Assembly (NCBI GenBank): GCA_024231025.1
Contig: JAAEQW010000274.1
Span: 1,615 to 65,614 of the forward strand
DNA length: 64,000 bases
Source of the DNA: Candidatus Omnitrophota bacterium
Lineage (GTDB): Bacteria; Omnitrophota; Gorgyraeia; Duberdicusellales; 4484-171
Direction: 5' to 3'
The notes under the pieces are model-generated. The model did no database searches. It had not been told where the DNA came from and was given only the letters and a program-made list of their open reading frames with translations. How positions within the stretch are numbered: the stretch's first letter is position 1; every line of letters starts with the position of its first letter. A program made the translations under genes and the position numbers. Shown piece after piece: positions 38,859-50,050 of the stretch.

Positions 38859-39844
38859 TAACTTGCCTCCGCTTTTAAACTCAGGTTACTTTTTATCCCC
38901 TTATTATACAAATAAAATCCTATTCCTGCAACCATTGCGGCATTATCAGTAGAATAGGTCAAAGGAGCGGCAAAAAGCCTTATTTTACGCTCTTTTTGCG
39001 CGCTTAATCGCGCTCGCAAAAAGCTATTTGCAATAACCCCGCCACCGCAAACCACTCGGTTTATACCAGTCTTAATTGACGCATCAACTACAGTTTGAAC
39101 AATTGCTTCAACCACTGTAGCTTGAAAAGCAGAAATCAGACCAATTTTGCTTTTTCTATCAAGTAACTTTTTCTTTTCAAGCTCGATCTGTTTATAAATA
39201 ACTGCTGTTTTTATTCCACTAAAACTTAAATCAAGACCAATCTTACCACATTTAAATTTAAATTCATCTTTTCGCTTGGCATCAAATAATTTATCAATTA
39301 TCGGCCCGCCAGGATAACCCAACCCCAAACTTCTTCCAATTTTATCAAAAACTTCTCCGCAAGCATCATCTCGAGTTTGCCCTATAATTTTCATTTTATT
39401 AAAATCATCTACACGATAAATTTCAGTATGCCCACCAGACACAACCAATCCCAAAAAGGGAAACTTAATTTTAGCAGGATAATTCAAGAAAGGTGCAAAA
39501 AGGTGTGCGTGCAAATGATTCACTCCAATAAGCGGTTTGCCCAACGCTAAAGATAATGCCTTAGCAAAATTGATTCCAACAACTAACGATCCGATTAATC
39601 CGGGCTTATGCGTTACGGCAATTACACTTATCCTATGCAATGAGATTTTTGCCTCGCTTAAAGCTGCGTTAAAAACCTTATCGATATTCTTAAGATGCGC
39701 GCGAGTGGCAATTTCCGGAATAATTCCTCCATATTTCTTATGCTGGCGCAAAGAAGATATAGTTACATTGCTTAAGACTTTATAATTTTTCAAAACAGCG
39801 CAAGACGTTTCGTCGCAAGATGTTTCTATTCCTAAAGTATACAT
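38858..39844 (-). CDS. tsaD: tRNA N6-adenosine threonylcarbamoyltransferase
   Basis: LGIETSCDET, HLHAH, VSGGHT and DNAAM; real start likely ATG 39844 because the track's extension is repeat-derived. Confidence 0.96.
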   Translation of the reverse strand: MYTLGIETSCDETSCAVLKNYKVLSNVTISSLRQHKKYGGIIPEIATRAHLKNIDKVFNAALSEAKISLHRISVIAVTHKPGLIGSLVVGINFAKALSLALGKPLIGVNHLHAHLFAPFLNYPAKIKFPFLGLVVSGGHTEIYRVDDFNKMKIIGQTRDDACGEVFDKIGRSLGLGYPGGPIIDKLFDAKRKDEFKFKCGKIGLDLSFSGIKTAVIYKQIELEKKKLLDRKSKIGLISAFQATVVEAIVQTVVDASIKTGINRVVCGGGVIANSFLRARLSAQKERKIRLFAAPLTYSTDNAAMVAGIGFYLYNKGIKSNLSLKAEAS

Positions 39845-39849
39845 CTTAA

Positions 39850-39986
39850 AATTCAAAACAACCAAGAAACAAGATACAATAACCAAATAAGCTCCAATCA
39901 TCAAATCCCAATAACCAGATTTTTTGATTATTGAATATTGGAAATTGGTTATTATTTGTATCTTGCATCTTGGTTATTGGTTATTT
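39850..39986. repeat. Imperfect inverted array of 7-8-nt units
   Basis: AACCAAG/ATAACCA units facing TTGGTTA/TATCTTG units. Confidence 0.7.
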
Positions 39987-39989
39987 AGT

Positions 39990-41246
39990 TTACCTGTTGC
40001 TACCCAAAACAACTAAGCCTTTAATTAAGTCGACTGCCCTTGTTATTTGATAATCTTTTTTGTAATCAAATTCTTTCTTAGGTTCTTCGCCAGATTCCTG
40101 ATTTTCTACTTTTTCAAAAACGTCTTTTTCTTTTTTTTCAATTTCTTTTTCCTCAATAATTTTAAGCTCTACTTCAACATCAGGATCAATTCCCTTTTCA
40201 TGAATGCTTGTTCCATTTGGCGTATAGTATTTTGAGGTTGTAAGCCGAAGTGCGGAGCCATCAGAAAGCGGCAATATTGTTTGAACCGAACCTTTACCAA
40301 AAGTTGTTTCTCCTAAAAGAATACCTCTTTTATTTTCACGAAGTGCAGCGGCAAGAATTTCACTACCCGAAGCGCTCCCCTTGTTAATTAGAATAACTAT
40401 TGGAATATCTAAATATTTTTCTTTGATTGGTGAGGTTTTATACACCTTTTCTTTTTGTTCTCTTGTCTTAGTTGATACAACGGTTTTACCATTTTCCAAA
40501 AATCTGCTGGTTACTTCAATCGCTGAATAAAGTAAGCCGCCGGGATTATTTCTAACGTCAATTATCAACCCCTTAAGGCCTTCTGCCTTAAGCTTGCGCA
40601 ATGCTTTATCTAAATCGTTTGTTGTGGTTTCTCTAAACTCAGCTATTCTTAAATAACCGATGCCATCTTCTAGGATCATCGCTCGCTTGATATCCTTTAT
40701 TTTTATTATACCCCTAGTAACAGTCACTTCTTCTAGGCTCTTAGTTTTATCTTTTAGAAGCACTAAATCAACATTCGTTTCAGGCTCACCGCGCAACTTC
40801 TTTACTGCTTCGTTTAAGGTAATGCCTTTTGTTAGCTCACCGTCAATCTTAACAATAATATCACCCGCTTCTAATCCGGCCCGCCAAGCAGGAGTGTCCT
40901 CGATCGGAGTAACTATCGTTAAAAATCGTTCCTTTATTGTTATCTCTATTCCTAATCCGCCAAATTGACCTTCTGTTTCAACAAGTAAATCCTTGTAATC
41001 TTCAGGCGTAAGAAATTGACTATATGAATCAAGCGATGAAAGTAAACCCTCCATCGCGCCATAAATCAGATCTTGTGCAGTTTTATCTTCAACGTGTTTT
41101 TTCTCGATTACTGATAATCCTTCGGCAAAAAGATCAAGTTCCTTATAAAACTCTTCTCTTTCATTGCCCAAAGAATACCCCACCCAATAAGAAGAAAACG
41201 AAGTTAATACAAGGATTATAACAATCGCGGTGATTTTCTTTTTCAT
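39990..41246 (-). CDS. ctpA: Carboxyl-terminal processing protease (S41)
   Basis: PDZ domain, DVRNNPGG, SASGSEI and TFGKGSVQ. Confidence 0.93.
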   Translation of the reverse strand: MKKKITAIVIILVLTSFSSYWVGYSLGNEREEFYKELDLFAEGLSVIEKKHVEDKTAQDLIYGAMEGLLSSLDSYSQFLTPEDYKDLLVETEGQFGGLGIEITIKERFLTIVTPIEDTPAWRAGLEAGDIIVKIDGELTKGITLNEAVKKLRGEPETNVDLVLLKDKTKSLEEVTVTRGIIKIKDIKRAMILEDGIGYLRIAEFRETTTNDLDKALRKLKAEGLKGLIIDVRNNPGGLLYSAIEVTSRFLENGKTVVSTKTREQKEKVYKTSPIKEKYLDIPIVILINKGSASGSEILAAALRENKRGILLGETTFGKGSVQTILPLSDGSALRLTTSKYYTPNGTSIHEKGIDPDVEVELKIIEEKEIEKKEKDVFEKVENQESGEEPKKEFDYKKDYQITRAVDLIKGLVVLGSNR

Positions 41247-41376
41247 CTTTACCTCCTATACTTGTGCTTGATAAATATCATATTTTTAAAGGCTATTCCA
41301 AGCGCCATAATCATTCCCTTATTTTAATTGATCTTCTCTTTTTGTAAAGGAATTTCCTAAATAGGCGTTTTCCACG

Positions 41377-41480
41377 AAATACATTGCAAACAACCCTGGA
41401 AACTGGGAGAATGATGAAGAAAATATGTTTGGTGAATATAAAAATGTAAATGTCGTAGGGGCGGGCCTTGTGTCCGCCCG
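41377..41480 (+). mobile_element. RAYT 3' remnant ending in a GTAG REP
   Basis: Translates KYIANNPGNWENDEEN (compare HYIVNNPATWDNDENN in the intact RAYT); REP at 41455-41480. Confidence 0.75.
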
Positions 41481-41563
41481 TGATAATATAAAATTGTCAA
41501 TAATCGGTAAATAATTGACGATCGGTTGTAATACCTAGCCATATCCATGACATAGTAAATATT

Positions 41564-41655
41564 GTAGGGGCGGGGTCTCCCCGCCCGGATAAAATGTCAT
41601 TGAATATCGACAATCAAAATAATTATGACAACGGGCACGGAAAACGTGCCCCTAC
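41564..41655. repeat. REPIN: two inverted GTAG-family REPs
   Basis: GTAGGGGCGGGGTCTCCCCGCCCG...CGGGCACGGAAAACGTGCCCCTAC. Confidence 0.88.
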
Positions 41656-41692
41656 AATTGGGAATTGGTCGAAAATAATATTAAAAATTACT

Positions 41693-41721
41693 TTGACATC
41701 ACGTACGAAATATGGTACGAT
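41693..41721 (+). promoter_or_regulatory. TA promoter with YefM-type operator
   Basis: TTGACA-17 bp-TACGAT; two GTAC cores 12 bp apart (41703, 41715). Confidence 0.65.
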
Positions 41722-41741
41722 TTATATGGAGGTGAGTTAGT

Positions 41742-41984
41742 ATGACAACATTAACGGCCAGTGAGGCGCGAGCAAAGCTGTATAAGCTATTGGACAAAGC
41801 GGCTCTATCGCATGAGCCCATACAAATTACCGGTAAAAGGCATAATGCCGTATTAATCTCAGAAGATGACTGGCGTGCAATAAACGAAACGCTATATTTG
41901 CTTTCTGTTCCGAAAATGAGGGAATCTATCCGAGAAGGCCTGAAAACCCCTATCAAAAAGTGCAATAAAAGATTGAAGTGGTAG
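41742..41984 (+). CDS. yefM: Phd/YefM antitoxin
   Basis: TASEARAKLY, EPIQIT and ETLYLLSVP. Confidence 0.92.
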   Translation: MTTLTASEARAKLYKLLDKAALSHEPIQITGKRHNAVLISEDDWRAINETLYLLSVPKMRESIREGLKTPIKKCNKRLKW

Positions 41985-42244
41985 ACTGGAAACTAGTTTA
42001 TACAAAACAAGCCCAAAAGGATGCGAAAAAACTATCATCTGCTGGTTTACGCCTAAAAGCAGAGACCCTTCTCAAAGTCGTAAGAAAAAACCCTTTCCAG
42101 GCCCCTCCTCCATTCGAAAAGCTAATTGGCGACCTAGAAGGCGCATATTCTCGCAGAATAAATATCAAGCATCGTCTTGTGTATCAAGTGCTAAAAAAGT
42201 ATAAAACAGTAAAAATTATTCGAATGTGGACGCATTACGAATAA
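41978..42244 (+). CDS. yoeB: Txe/YoeB toxin
   Basis: EKLIGDLEGAYSRRINIKHRLVY and C-terminal HYE. Confidence 0.93.
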   Translation: MVDWKLVYTKQAQKDAKKLSSAGLRLKAETLLKVVRKNPFQAPPPFEKLIGDLEGAYSRRINIKHRLVYQVLKKYKTVKIIRMWTHYE

Positions 42245-42317
42245 CTAAAATACACACCGACGCAGTTCGGCTGCGCCCAGGGCAGCTGAGTTTGGGTGTT
42301 ATGTTGAATGAATAAAA

Positions 42318-42872
42318 ATGACATACACATTTAAATCCCGTAAAACAATAAGGCTGAAGAACCACGACTATTCAAAGCAAGGGTATTACCATGTTACAAT
42401 CTGCACATATAACCATCTAGAAACCTTTGGTATAATCGAGAATAATAAAATGGCGTTAAACCAATGCGGCGAGATTGTGAAAAATGCCTGGTTAGACCTA
42501 CCTAATCACCATAAAAATATTGAATTAGATGAATTTATCGTTATGCCTAATCATATACATGGAATAATCAACGTCGTTGCAGGGGCCGGGCCTGCCCGGC
42601 CCTCTAATAAAAATACGAAAAATAATAATTTGTCCATTATAATTGGATCATATAAATCCACGGTCACAAAACAAATCAATAAATTAAATAATAATTCATT
42701 CAAATGGCAGCGTTCTTTCCACGATGAGGTTATCCGTACCAGCAATCGCTCTCTATATAATTCACGTCATTATATTGTAAATAATCCTGCAACATGGGAT
42801 AATGATGAAAATAATATTAAAAATTATTCTGTAAAGGGCGAGGCAGGCCTCGCCCCTGCAACTACGTTTTGA
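42318..42872 (+). mobile_element. REP-associated tyrosine transposase (RAYT, HUH Y1)
   Basis: RKTIRL..HDYS, MPNHIH (HUH), WQRSFHD and YIVNNP; inverted REP-like palindromes at 42576-42603 and 42835-42862. Confidence 0.92.
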
Positions 42873-42905
42873 TAAAATATATAGGGGCCTAACAAAAACC
42901 ATCCC

Positions 42906-43610
42906 CTACGATTTTGAAACTACGCCCACTAACACTTCTTCGTCTGCTAAATACATTACTAGATTCAAAAAATCTTGTTTCGTGGAAAATTTTACATTTT
43001 CATATATCGCCTGCAAAGGTCTTTTACCGTTAAAATACCCTAATAGATAGGTAATTTGTTTTTTGTCGTAGCTCAGCCCCATCAAAGAAACTCTTTTCTC
43101 TTTACAAGAGGTAACATCTTTAAATACTAGTTCGGTTGCGTTTTTTGTCTTTAGCGTTTTCCTTAACTCCAGATATGGATTAAACAAAAAAATCGCCGAA
43201 AACGGAAGCGCTCCATTAAAAAAACATTGCTGAGCGCTATCGTCTACCGTCTCATCAAGCGAACAAACTGGTTCTAATTTATAGCCGCTATCGCACATAA
43301 AATTTCTACAAACTATCGGACGCGTATTATAAATTGTGCAGCGGTTTTCGTCATCGAGATAGGTGCATGATCCGTTCTTTTTTTTCTTCAGGCGATACGC
43401 TCGATTAAAACAATGCTCACTCGTTTTAAGGCAAATCTTCTTATCGCGAGAACAAAAACTTTCAGATTTGTATATTTTTTGCTTGTGTTCTTGCGCGGCA
43501 AGATTTATATCCCATCCTTTACAACACATTGCCCCACAAATAGATAGATCGCATCCTTTGTTTTGAAAATATACTTTGTGCTGTGTGGGATCAAGCTTGA
43601 TAGGGTTCAT
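42906..43610 (-). CDS. YkgJ-family Cys-cluster (Zn/Fe-chelating) protein
   Basis: CDLSICGAMCC and CTYLD..NRCTIYNTRPIVCR. Confidence 0.8.
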   Translation of the reverse strand: MNPIKLDPTQHKVYFQNKGCDLSICGAMCCKGWDINLAAQEHKQKIYKSESFCSRDKKICLKTSEHCFNRAYRLKKKKNGSCTYLDDENRCTIYNTRPIVCRNFMCDSGYKLEPVCSLDETVDDSAQQCFFNGALPFSAIFLFNPYLELRKTLKTKNATELVFKDVTSCKEKRVSLMGLSYDKKQITYLLGYFNGKRPLQAIYENVKFSTKQDFLNLVMYLADEEVLVGVVSKS

Positions 43611-43622
43611 GGCGCTGCTTAA

Positions 43623-45038
43623 CTATTGGCACAAGGCTTTCTGGAGCATTTCCTTAACTACTTTGGGATTGGCCTTGCCCTTGGTTTTTTTCATAACACA
43701 TCCAACTAAAAACATTATTGCCTGTTGCTTACCGCCTTTATACTCGCTAACGGCTTTCGGATTGCCATCAATCGCTTCTTTAATAAATGCGAATAATTCA
43801 TCTTCCCCAGACACCTGAACTAAGCCACGGCTAGCGATAAGCTCATCAATGTCTTTATCGGTTGCAATGGCACTGCTTAAAACTTTTTTGGCACTTAAAT
43901 TATTTATTTTTCCTTGGGCAAAATATCGTACAATTTTTGCAAAATTACCGGGAGAAATCTTTATCGCTTCAATTGTGCCCAGCAAATTTATCTGCTCTAA
44001 AAATGGGCCTAAAAAGAAACCGGTCATTTTTTTAATATCATCATATTCATTACAGGAGCTTTCAAAAAAATCAGCTAAAACACGATTCGATATAATAATA
44101 TCTATTTCCTTTTCGGGTAATTTATAGTCTTTTAAAAATCTTTCTTTTTTAACAAGAGGCAATTCACACACATTCTTCTTTTCTTTTTCAATGCGTTCTT
44201 TAGATATGCAGAAATCTAAAAGATCTGGTTCCGGAAAATAACGGTAATCGCAGGCCTCCTCTTTCGTGCGCATCACAACTGTAATGCACTTATTCTCATC
44301 CCAGAGCCTAGTTTCTTGAGCAATTTTTTGCCCTTGCTCTAATACTTTTTTCTGCCGTTTAACCTCGTGCATCAACCCATCGCGCACCCCTTTAAACGAA
44401 TTCATATTTTTTAACTCTACCCTTGTTCCGAGTTTTGTTTCTCCTTTTCTTTTTAATGAAATATTCGCATCACAACGCAAAAAACCTTTTTCCATATCAC
44501 AATCAGAAGCATCGATATATTGCAAAATAAGTTTAAGTTGTGTTAGATAATCAAAAGCTTCTTGGGGATTAGATATATCAGGTTCAGATACAATTTCAAG
44601 CAAAGGTGTTCCGGTACGATTTAAATCCACTAAAGAATAATCTTGTTTGTGGATAGATTTCCCCGCATCTTCTTCTAGGTGAACTCTGGTAATGCCAATC
44701 TTTTTGCCAGAGTTAAGCAATAAATTTCCTTCTTCACCTAATGGTCTCTTATACTGTGATATTTGATATCCTTTTGGCAAATCAGGATAAAAATAGTTTT
44801 TGCGTTCAAAATATATTCGATTATTTATTTTACAATTTAAGGCAAGGCCAACTCTAGTGCCCAAATCGAGCGCTTTTTCATTAAAAACAGGTAATACCCC
44901 CGGGTAACCGCAACAAACCGGGCAAATGTTGGTATTGACAGGACTATTAAACTCAGTTGGACAGCAGCAAAATATCTTTGATCTTGTTTTTAATTGAACG
45001 TGCACTTCCAAACCAATAACAACATCAAATTCAAACAT
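43623..45038 (-). CDS. gatB: Asp/Glu-tRNA amidotransferase subunit B
   Basis: VIGLEVHVQL, YFYPDLPKGYQISQ and YRYFPEPDL; start ATG 45038. Confidence 0.97.
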   Translation of the reverse strand: MFEFDVVIGLEVHVQLKTRSKIFCCCPTEFNSPVNTNICPVCCGYPGVLPVFNEKALDLGTRVGLALNCKINNRIYFERKNYFYPDLPKGYQISQYKRPLGEEGNLLLNSGKKIGITRVHLEEDAGKSIHKQDYSLVDLNRTGTPLLEIVSEPDISNPQEAFDYLTQLKLILQYIDASDCDMEKGFLRCDANISLKRKGETKLGTRVELKNMNSFKGVRDGLMHEVKRQKKVLEQGQKIAQETRLWDENKCITVVMRTKEEACDYRYFPEPDLLDFCISKERIEKEKKNVCELPLVKKERFLKDYKLPEKEIDIIISNRVLADFFESSCNEYDDIKKMTGFFLGPFLEQINLLGTIEAIKISPGNFAKIVRYFAQGKINNLSAKKVLSSAIATDKDIDELIASRGLVQVSGEDELFAFIKEAIDGNPKAVSEYKGGKQQAIMFLVGCVMKKTKGKANPKVVKEMLQKALCQ

Positions 45039-46452
45039 TGGGAATCCTTTTGTGAAAATTGGTCTCCTGCTGATATGTAAAAGACGCACTTACTAAAGAT
45101 GATTCATCAAAAGCCTTGGCAATAAACTGCACGCCGATTGGTAAGTTATCCTTTGTAAACCCACAAGGAAGTGATACTGCCGGCAACCCTGCCAAATTAG
45201 CCGATATCGTATAGACATCTGATAAGTACATGCTTATTGGATCTTCAGATTTTTCACCAATATTAAAGGCCGCTGTCGGAGAAGTGGGTGTAAGGATTAT
45301 GTCAACTTCATTAAAAACTTTGTCAAAATCTTCTTTTATTAAACGCCTTACTTTTAATGCTCGTAAAAAATAGGCGTCATAATATCCGCTAGAAAGACTA
45401 TGCGCACCAAGAAAAATTCTTCGTTTCGCCTCGGCTCCAAAACCTTCTTTTCTTGTGTCAGAATACATGTCAATTAAGTTAGGTCTTTTTTCTCGAAGAC
45501 CATATCTTACTCCATCAAAACGTTGCAGATTTGCGCTTGCTTCAGACGACGCAATTATATAGTAAGTAGCTACTGCATATTCGGTATGGGGCAGACTTAT
45601 TTCAACAATACAGGCACCCTTCTTTTTTAATACGCTTATTACTCCCTCAACCGCGTTTTTTACTTCGCTGTTTAATCCTTTGGCGAAATATTCTTTTGCT
45701 ATACCAACTTTTGTTCCTTTCTTGATTGTCGCCAAAGCCTTAGTGAAATCATCTGTTTCTACCTTAGCCGAAGTAGAATCTTTCGAATCATAACCGCAAA
45801 TAACATTAAGAAGATGCGCGCAATCGATAATGTTGGTTGAAAACGGCCCTATTTGATCAAGGCTTGAACCAAAAGCAATTAACCCATACCGCGAAACGCG
45901 GCCATAGGTAGGCTTAAAACCAACAACCCCGCATAACGATGCCGGCTGTCGAATAGAGCCCCCTGTATCTGAACCAAGCGCTAAAGGAACTTGCCGACAC
46001 CCAACTGATGCTGCGCTTCCTCCGGATGAACCACCCGCAACTTTATCTTTATTCCACGGGTTTCTTACAACGCCATAACAAGACGTCTCTGTCGATGATC
46101 CAAAAGCAAACTCATCCATGTTGGCTGTTCCGGCAATATTAAGACCGGCTTCTTTTAGCTTAGTTATAACTGTTGCATCGTAAACAGCAATATGATTGGA
46201 AAGTATTTTTGAAGCGCAGGTAATTTTTTTACCCTTAATGCAGATATTGTCTTTCACTGCTATTGGAACGCCTTTTAATGAAGATGTTGCACAAGATTTA
46301 AGCGGTTGATCATAGACATCAACAAAACTATTTAATTTTTTGTTTTTATCCTTAATATTTTGGTTAAACGCGCTAAAAACTTCGTCTTCGGCTATCTCTC
46401 CTTTTTTAATGCTTTGGGCTATTTCTAAGCCAGTTAAAGACAGTGCTTTCAT
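45031..46452 (-). CDS. gatA: Asp/Glu-tRNA amidotransferase subunit A
   Basis: GGSSGGSAA and LGSDTGGSIRQPA amidase signature. Confidence 0.97.
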   Translation of the reverse strand: MKALSLTGLEIAQSIKKGEIAEDEVFSAFNQNIKDKNKKLNSFVDVYDQPLKSCATSSLKGVPIAVKDNICIKGKKITCASKILSNHIAVYDATVITKLKEAGLNIAGTANMDEFAFGSSTETSCYGVVRNPWNKDKVAGGSSGGSAASVGCRQVPLALGSDTGGSIRQPASLCGVVGFKPTYGRVSRYGLIAFGSSLDQIGPFSTNIIDCAHLLNVICGYDSKDSTSAKVETDDFTKALATIKKGTKVGIAKEYFAKGLNSEVKNAVEGVISVLKKKGACIVEISLPHTEYAVATYYIIASSEASANLQRFDGVRYGLREKRPNLIDMYSDTRKEGFGAEAKRRIFLGAHSLSSGYYDAYFLRALKVRRLIKEDFDKVFNEVDIILTPTSPTAAFNIGEKSEDPISMYLSDVYTISANLAGLPAVSLPCGFTKDNLPIGVQFIAKAFDESSLVSASFTYQQETNFHKRIPNV

Positions 46453-46453
46453 A

Positions 46454-46738
46454 TTATTCGATTATTTTAGGAACCTTAAAATAGTCTCCCTCTCTTTGCG
46501 GGGCATTGTTTAGTATGTCATCTTTGAGCATCGAGAGTTTTGGTTGATCAGGGCGAAAAACATCTCTTTGTAAAGTTGCTGTGCGCATTGGCTCAACGTT
46601 TTCTACATCTAATTCGTTTAGTTTTTCGATATAACCAATAATTTTAGAAAGTTGACGATTAAGAGAATCTATTTGGTGAGGGGAAACATTGATCCTGGTT
46701 AACTTTGAAATATATTCTACTATTGATTTTTCTGTCAT
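46454..46738 (-). CDS. gatC: Asp/Glu-tRNA amidotransferase subunit C
   Basis: LNELDVENVEP and NAP..EGDYFKVPKII. Confidence 0.93.
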   Translation of the reverse strand: MTEKSIVEYISKLTRINVSPHQIDSLNRQLSKIIGYIEKLNELDVENVEPMRTATLQRDVFRPDQPKLSMLKDDILNNAPQREGDYFKVPKIIE

Positions 46739-46767
46739 AGAATTACAAATACAATTAAACGTTTATT

Positions 46768-48315
46768 TTACGGAGAACGATACTTACCCTTAAACAACGT
46801 AAGCTCTAAAAAGGCCTGCAGCCTTCGCGAACGACTAGGATGTCTGAGCTTTTTAAGAGCTTTTGCTTCAATTTGGCGAATGCGCTCTCTGGTAACACGA
46901 AAAATAGTTCCTACCTCTTCCAATGTTTTTGGCGTTCCGTCTTCAAGTCCAAATCTAAGAGTAAGAATCCTTTTTTCTCTTAGGGTAAGACTTTCCATTA
47001 CTTGGGTGAGTTCTTCCTTTAGCATAGAAAAGACTGTGGCATTAGCCGGAGAAATTGCTTTTTTATCTTCAAGAAAATCACCAAAATAAGTATCGCCATC
47101 ATCTCCAATTGGAGTATGAATCGAAATTGGCTGTTGGGAAACTTTGAGAATATCTTTTATCTTCGTAACCGGAAGTTTCAATTCTTTTGAAAGTTCCTCG
47201 GTTGTAGGCTCTCTCCCTTTTTCCTGAATAAAAAGACGAGAAATCCGTATAATTTTATTTATAGTTTCGGTCATATGCACAGGGATTCTAATTGTTCTTG
47301 CCTGGTCAGCGATTGCTCTGGTAATGGCTTGACGTATCCACCAAGTTGCATAGGTTGAAAACTTATATCCTCTTTTATACTCAAACTTCTCTACCGCTTT
47401 GATTAGGCCAATATTACCTTCTTGAATTAAATCAAGAAAAGAAAGCCCTCGATTCACATATTTTTTAGCAATGCTAACCACTAAGCGAAGATTAGCCTCG
47501 ACGAGAGTCTTTTTTGCTTGGTTATAAAGCTTCTCTTTATTAAGAATTAGCTTGCTGCGCTCTTTAACATTGTCGGGAACAAACCCCAATTGTTTTGTAA
47601 TAACCGTGCGCTGGCGCTTAAGAGCGCGTCTTTCATTTTCTTTCGCTTTAGCGCGCCCCTTTGTTCGATTAATTTTTCTGCTTATCTTATCGATTTCGCG
47701 AACGCGATCGCTCATCACTAAAATTATCTTCTCGATAATATTAATCGTAAAATTATATTTTTTTAAAAGTTCTTTTTGATATTCTATTCTTTTCGTGCGC
47801 ACTAATTTTGAATAAAGTTTTTTTATTCTTTTTACTTCCCGTTCTTTATTTTTAATTTCTCCTTTTACGAAGTCATCAGGGTTTACATCATCCTTTGCTA
47901 TTCTTTGAGAAATATTTAAAAATATTTTTTTTGCTAGTTCTAAAGAAAAAACATCTTCGCGCAAAACCTCTTCTCTTGCCTCAATTTTTTTGGCTAGAGT
48001 TATTTCTTCTTCACGCGTAAGCAAGGGGATCCGCCCCATTTGCTTAAGGTACATCTTGACTGGATCATCAACCGGAGCAGTTGTTTTTGTGGCAGGCTTT
48101 TTCTCCTTTTCTTTGTTCATCGCCTCAACTTCTTTCGCCTCCAAAACAATAACTTTTTGACTGTCCAATTGCTCAAAAATATGATCAAAATCAGCAGCCG
48201 CATTAATTTCTATGGAAAGAAAGTGATTAATCTCATCATATGTGAGATACCCCTTTTTCTTCCCTAACGTTACTAACTGCTCGATGCTTCTTTCTAAAAT
48301 TTTCTTTTTAACCAT
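46768..48315 (-). CDS. rpoD: RNA polymerase primary sigma factor
   Basis: [35 protein letters not shown] and region 4. Confidence 0.97.
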   Translation of the reverse strand: MVKKKILERSIEQLVTLGKKKGYLTYDEINHFLSIEINAAADFDHIFEQLDSQKVIVLEAKEVEAMNKEKEKKPATKTTAPVDDPVKMYLKQMGRIPLLTREEEITLAKKIEAREEVLREDVFSLELAKKIFLNISQRIAKDDVNPDDFVKGEIKNKEREVKRIKKLYSKLVRTKRIEYQKELLKKYNFTINIIEKIILVMSDRVREIDKISRKINRTKGRAKAKENERRALKRQRTVITKQLGFVPDNVKERSKLILNKEKLYNQAKKTLVEANLRLVVSIAKKYVNRGLSFLDLIQEGNIGLIKAVEKFEYKRGYKFSTYATWWIRQAITRAIADQARTIRIPVHMTETINKIIRISRLFIQEKGREPTTEELSKELKLPVTKIKDILKVSQQPISIHTPIGDDGDTYFGDFLEDKKAISPANATVFSMLKEELTQVMESLTLREKRILTLRFGLEDGTPKTLEEVGTIFRVTRERIRQIEAKALKKLRHPSRSRRLQAFLELTLFKGKYRSP

Positions 48316-50050
48316 TTCTTACCTCGCTATTTATTTTGTCATATTTATTAACCAACACTTTTAATTTATCTCTATTTCCTTCGGCTTCTGCATTTTTAAT
48401 TTCATTCTTTAATTGTTCTCTTGCCACTTTAGCTCGATTTTTACGTAATTTTAAAATACTACTTTTAAAAAACTCTTTTTCCATTGGAATATCATCGTCC
48501 ATTAATATCTTTGCTATAAAACCACTAGTTTGCTTATCATCAAGGGTATTTATTATATTTGAACAAGAAAAACTTTCCTCATCCGAATAAGTATTGAAAA
48601 AATGAGTTACTACCCTCTTGGCTAAATTTGAGTCAAAATCTTCTTCTCTTACGCTCTTTTTTAGCAACGGTATTGATTTTTTATTAGTGAGCATATATTT
48701 AAGAAGAATTTTTTCAGTTATAGATAACGGCTCATTGACCTTCGCTTTAAATAAACTTGGCTGCCTACTTGGCGTGGGCGCGCCCACCTTGTTAAACTCA
48801 GCAAGAAGAACCTCTTCCTTAACGTTTATTGCACTAGCTAATTTTCTGATATATTCATACTTTCGCACCTCGCTATTTAGCTTGGCAATTGTGGTCAACA
48901 TTCCTTTTGCGATATTCGCTTTTCCTTCGATGGTGTTAACGTCGGTCGTTACTTTTAACACATCCAATTTGTAATTAAAGAAATCTTGACACTCATCAAG
49001 CAGCGCACAAAAAGCTTTTTTGCCTTTTTCTCTTATCAAAGAATCCGGATCCATGCCTTCAGGAAGTCTAACAACTCTTACCTGCAGGTCATTCTCAAGA
49101 AGTAAATCCAAGGCGCGCAAAACTGCCATTTGCCCTGCCTTATCGGAATCAAAAACTAAAGTAATATTTGTCGTATATCTGCGAATTACTCTAATTTGCT
49201 CAACAGTAAGAGCCGTCCCAAGAGAAGCAACTATGTTCTTTACGCCATGGATAAACGGCACAATCATGTCAAGATAGCCTTCGGTGACAATTACGCTATC
49301 CTTTTTGCTGATTTCATCTTTAGAAAGATTGAGTCCATACAAATGCTCTCTTTTGCTATAGAGCGGATTTTCTAAAGAGTTTATATACTTAGGCGCTTTG
49401 TCATTACGGCCATAAATTCTCGCACCGAACCCTACTACACGACTGCGCACATCACAAATCGGAAACATAATCCTATCCCTAAAAAGATCTCGATAGCTGT
49501 CGTTTCTAAAAATTGCCAAAGAAGCTTTCGAAAGCGCATCAAGGGTAAAGTTCTTTTGGCGCATATGGCTTATAAGACTATTGCGCCCACCACTGAATCC
49601 TAGACGAAATTGCTTAATAACCTCCGGACCAATGCCTCTTTCGCTTAAATAATCGCACACCACCTTTGCATGCGGCAATATAAGATTACTAGCAAAAAAT
49701 AACGCCGCTTCATCAACTACCTTATAGAGAAGGCCTTTTAAATTTCCGCGTTCTCCAGACTGTTGAGGAGTTTTTAGACCTAACCGATCGGCTAAAATTT
49801 CAATCGCTTCAACAAATGTTGATTTTTCATAGAGCATAATAAACTGAATAACTCCCCCACCCTCACCGCAACCAAAACAATGAAAAATTTGTTTCTGAGG
49901 GCTCACCATAAAAGATGGAGTTTTTTCACCATGAAAAGGACAAGCAGCCTTAAAATTTCTGCCTGCTTTTTTCATTGGGATATAGCTTGATATAATCTCT
50001 ACTATATCCGTGCGGTTCTGCACTTCATCAATAAAACCTTGTGGTATCAT
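48308..50050 (-). CDS. dnaG: DNA primase
   Basis: [22 protein letters not shown] and FDSDKAG. Confidence 0.97.
   Translation of the reverse strand: MIPQGFIDEVQNRTDIVEIISSYIPMKKAGRNFKAACPFHGEKTPSFMVSPQKQIFHCFGCGEGGGVIQFIMLYEKSTFVEAIEILADRLGLKTPQQSGERGNLKGLLYKVVDEAALFFASNLILPHAKVVCDYLSERGIGPEVIKQFRLGFSGGRNSLISHMRQKNFTLDALSKASLAIFRNDSYRDLFRDRIMFPICDVRSRVVGFGARIYGRNDKAPKYINSLENPLYSKREHLYGLNLSKDEISKKDSVIVTEGYLDMIVPFIHGVKNIVASLGTALTVEQIRVIRRYTTNITLVFDSDKAGQMAVLRALDLLLENDLQVRVVRLPEGMDPDSLIREKGKKAFCALLDECQDFFNYKLDVLKVTTDVNTIEGKANIAKGMLTTIAKLNSEVRKYEYIRKLASAINVKEEVLLAEFNKVGAPTPSRQPSLFKAKVNEPLSITEKILLKYMLTNKKSIPLLKKSVREEDFDSNLAKRVVTHFFNTYSDEESFSCSNIINTLDDKQTSGFIAKILMDDDIPMEKEFFKSSILKLRKNRAKVAREQLKNEIKNAEAEGNRDKLKVLVNKYDKINSEVRNG

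Noticed and set aside
39845-39904. N-terminal hydrophobic extension of TsaD
   Set aside because: It derives from the adjacent repeat array; the family start MYTLGIETS is at 39844.
41357-41965. Minus-strand ORFs 41357..41548 and 41699..41965
   Set aside because: They are antisense to the REP/RAYT remnant and yefM.
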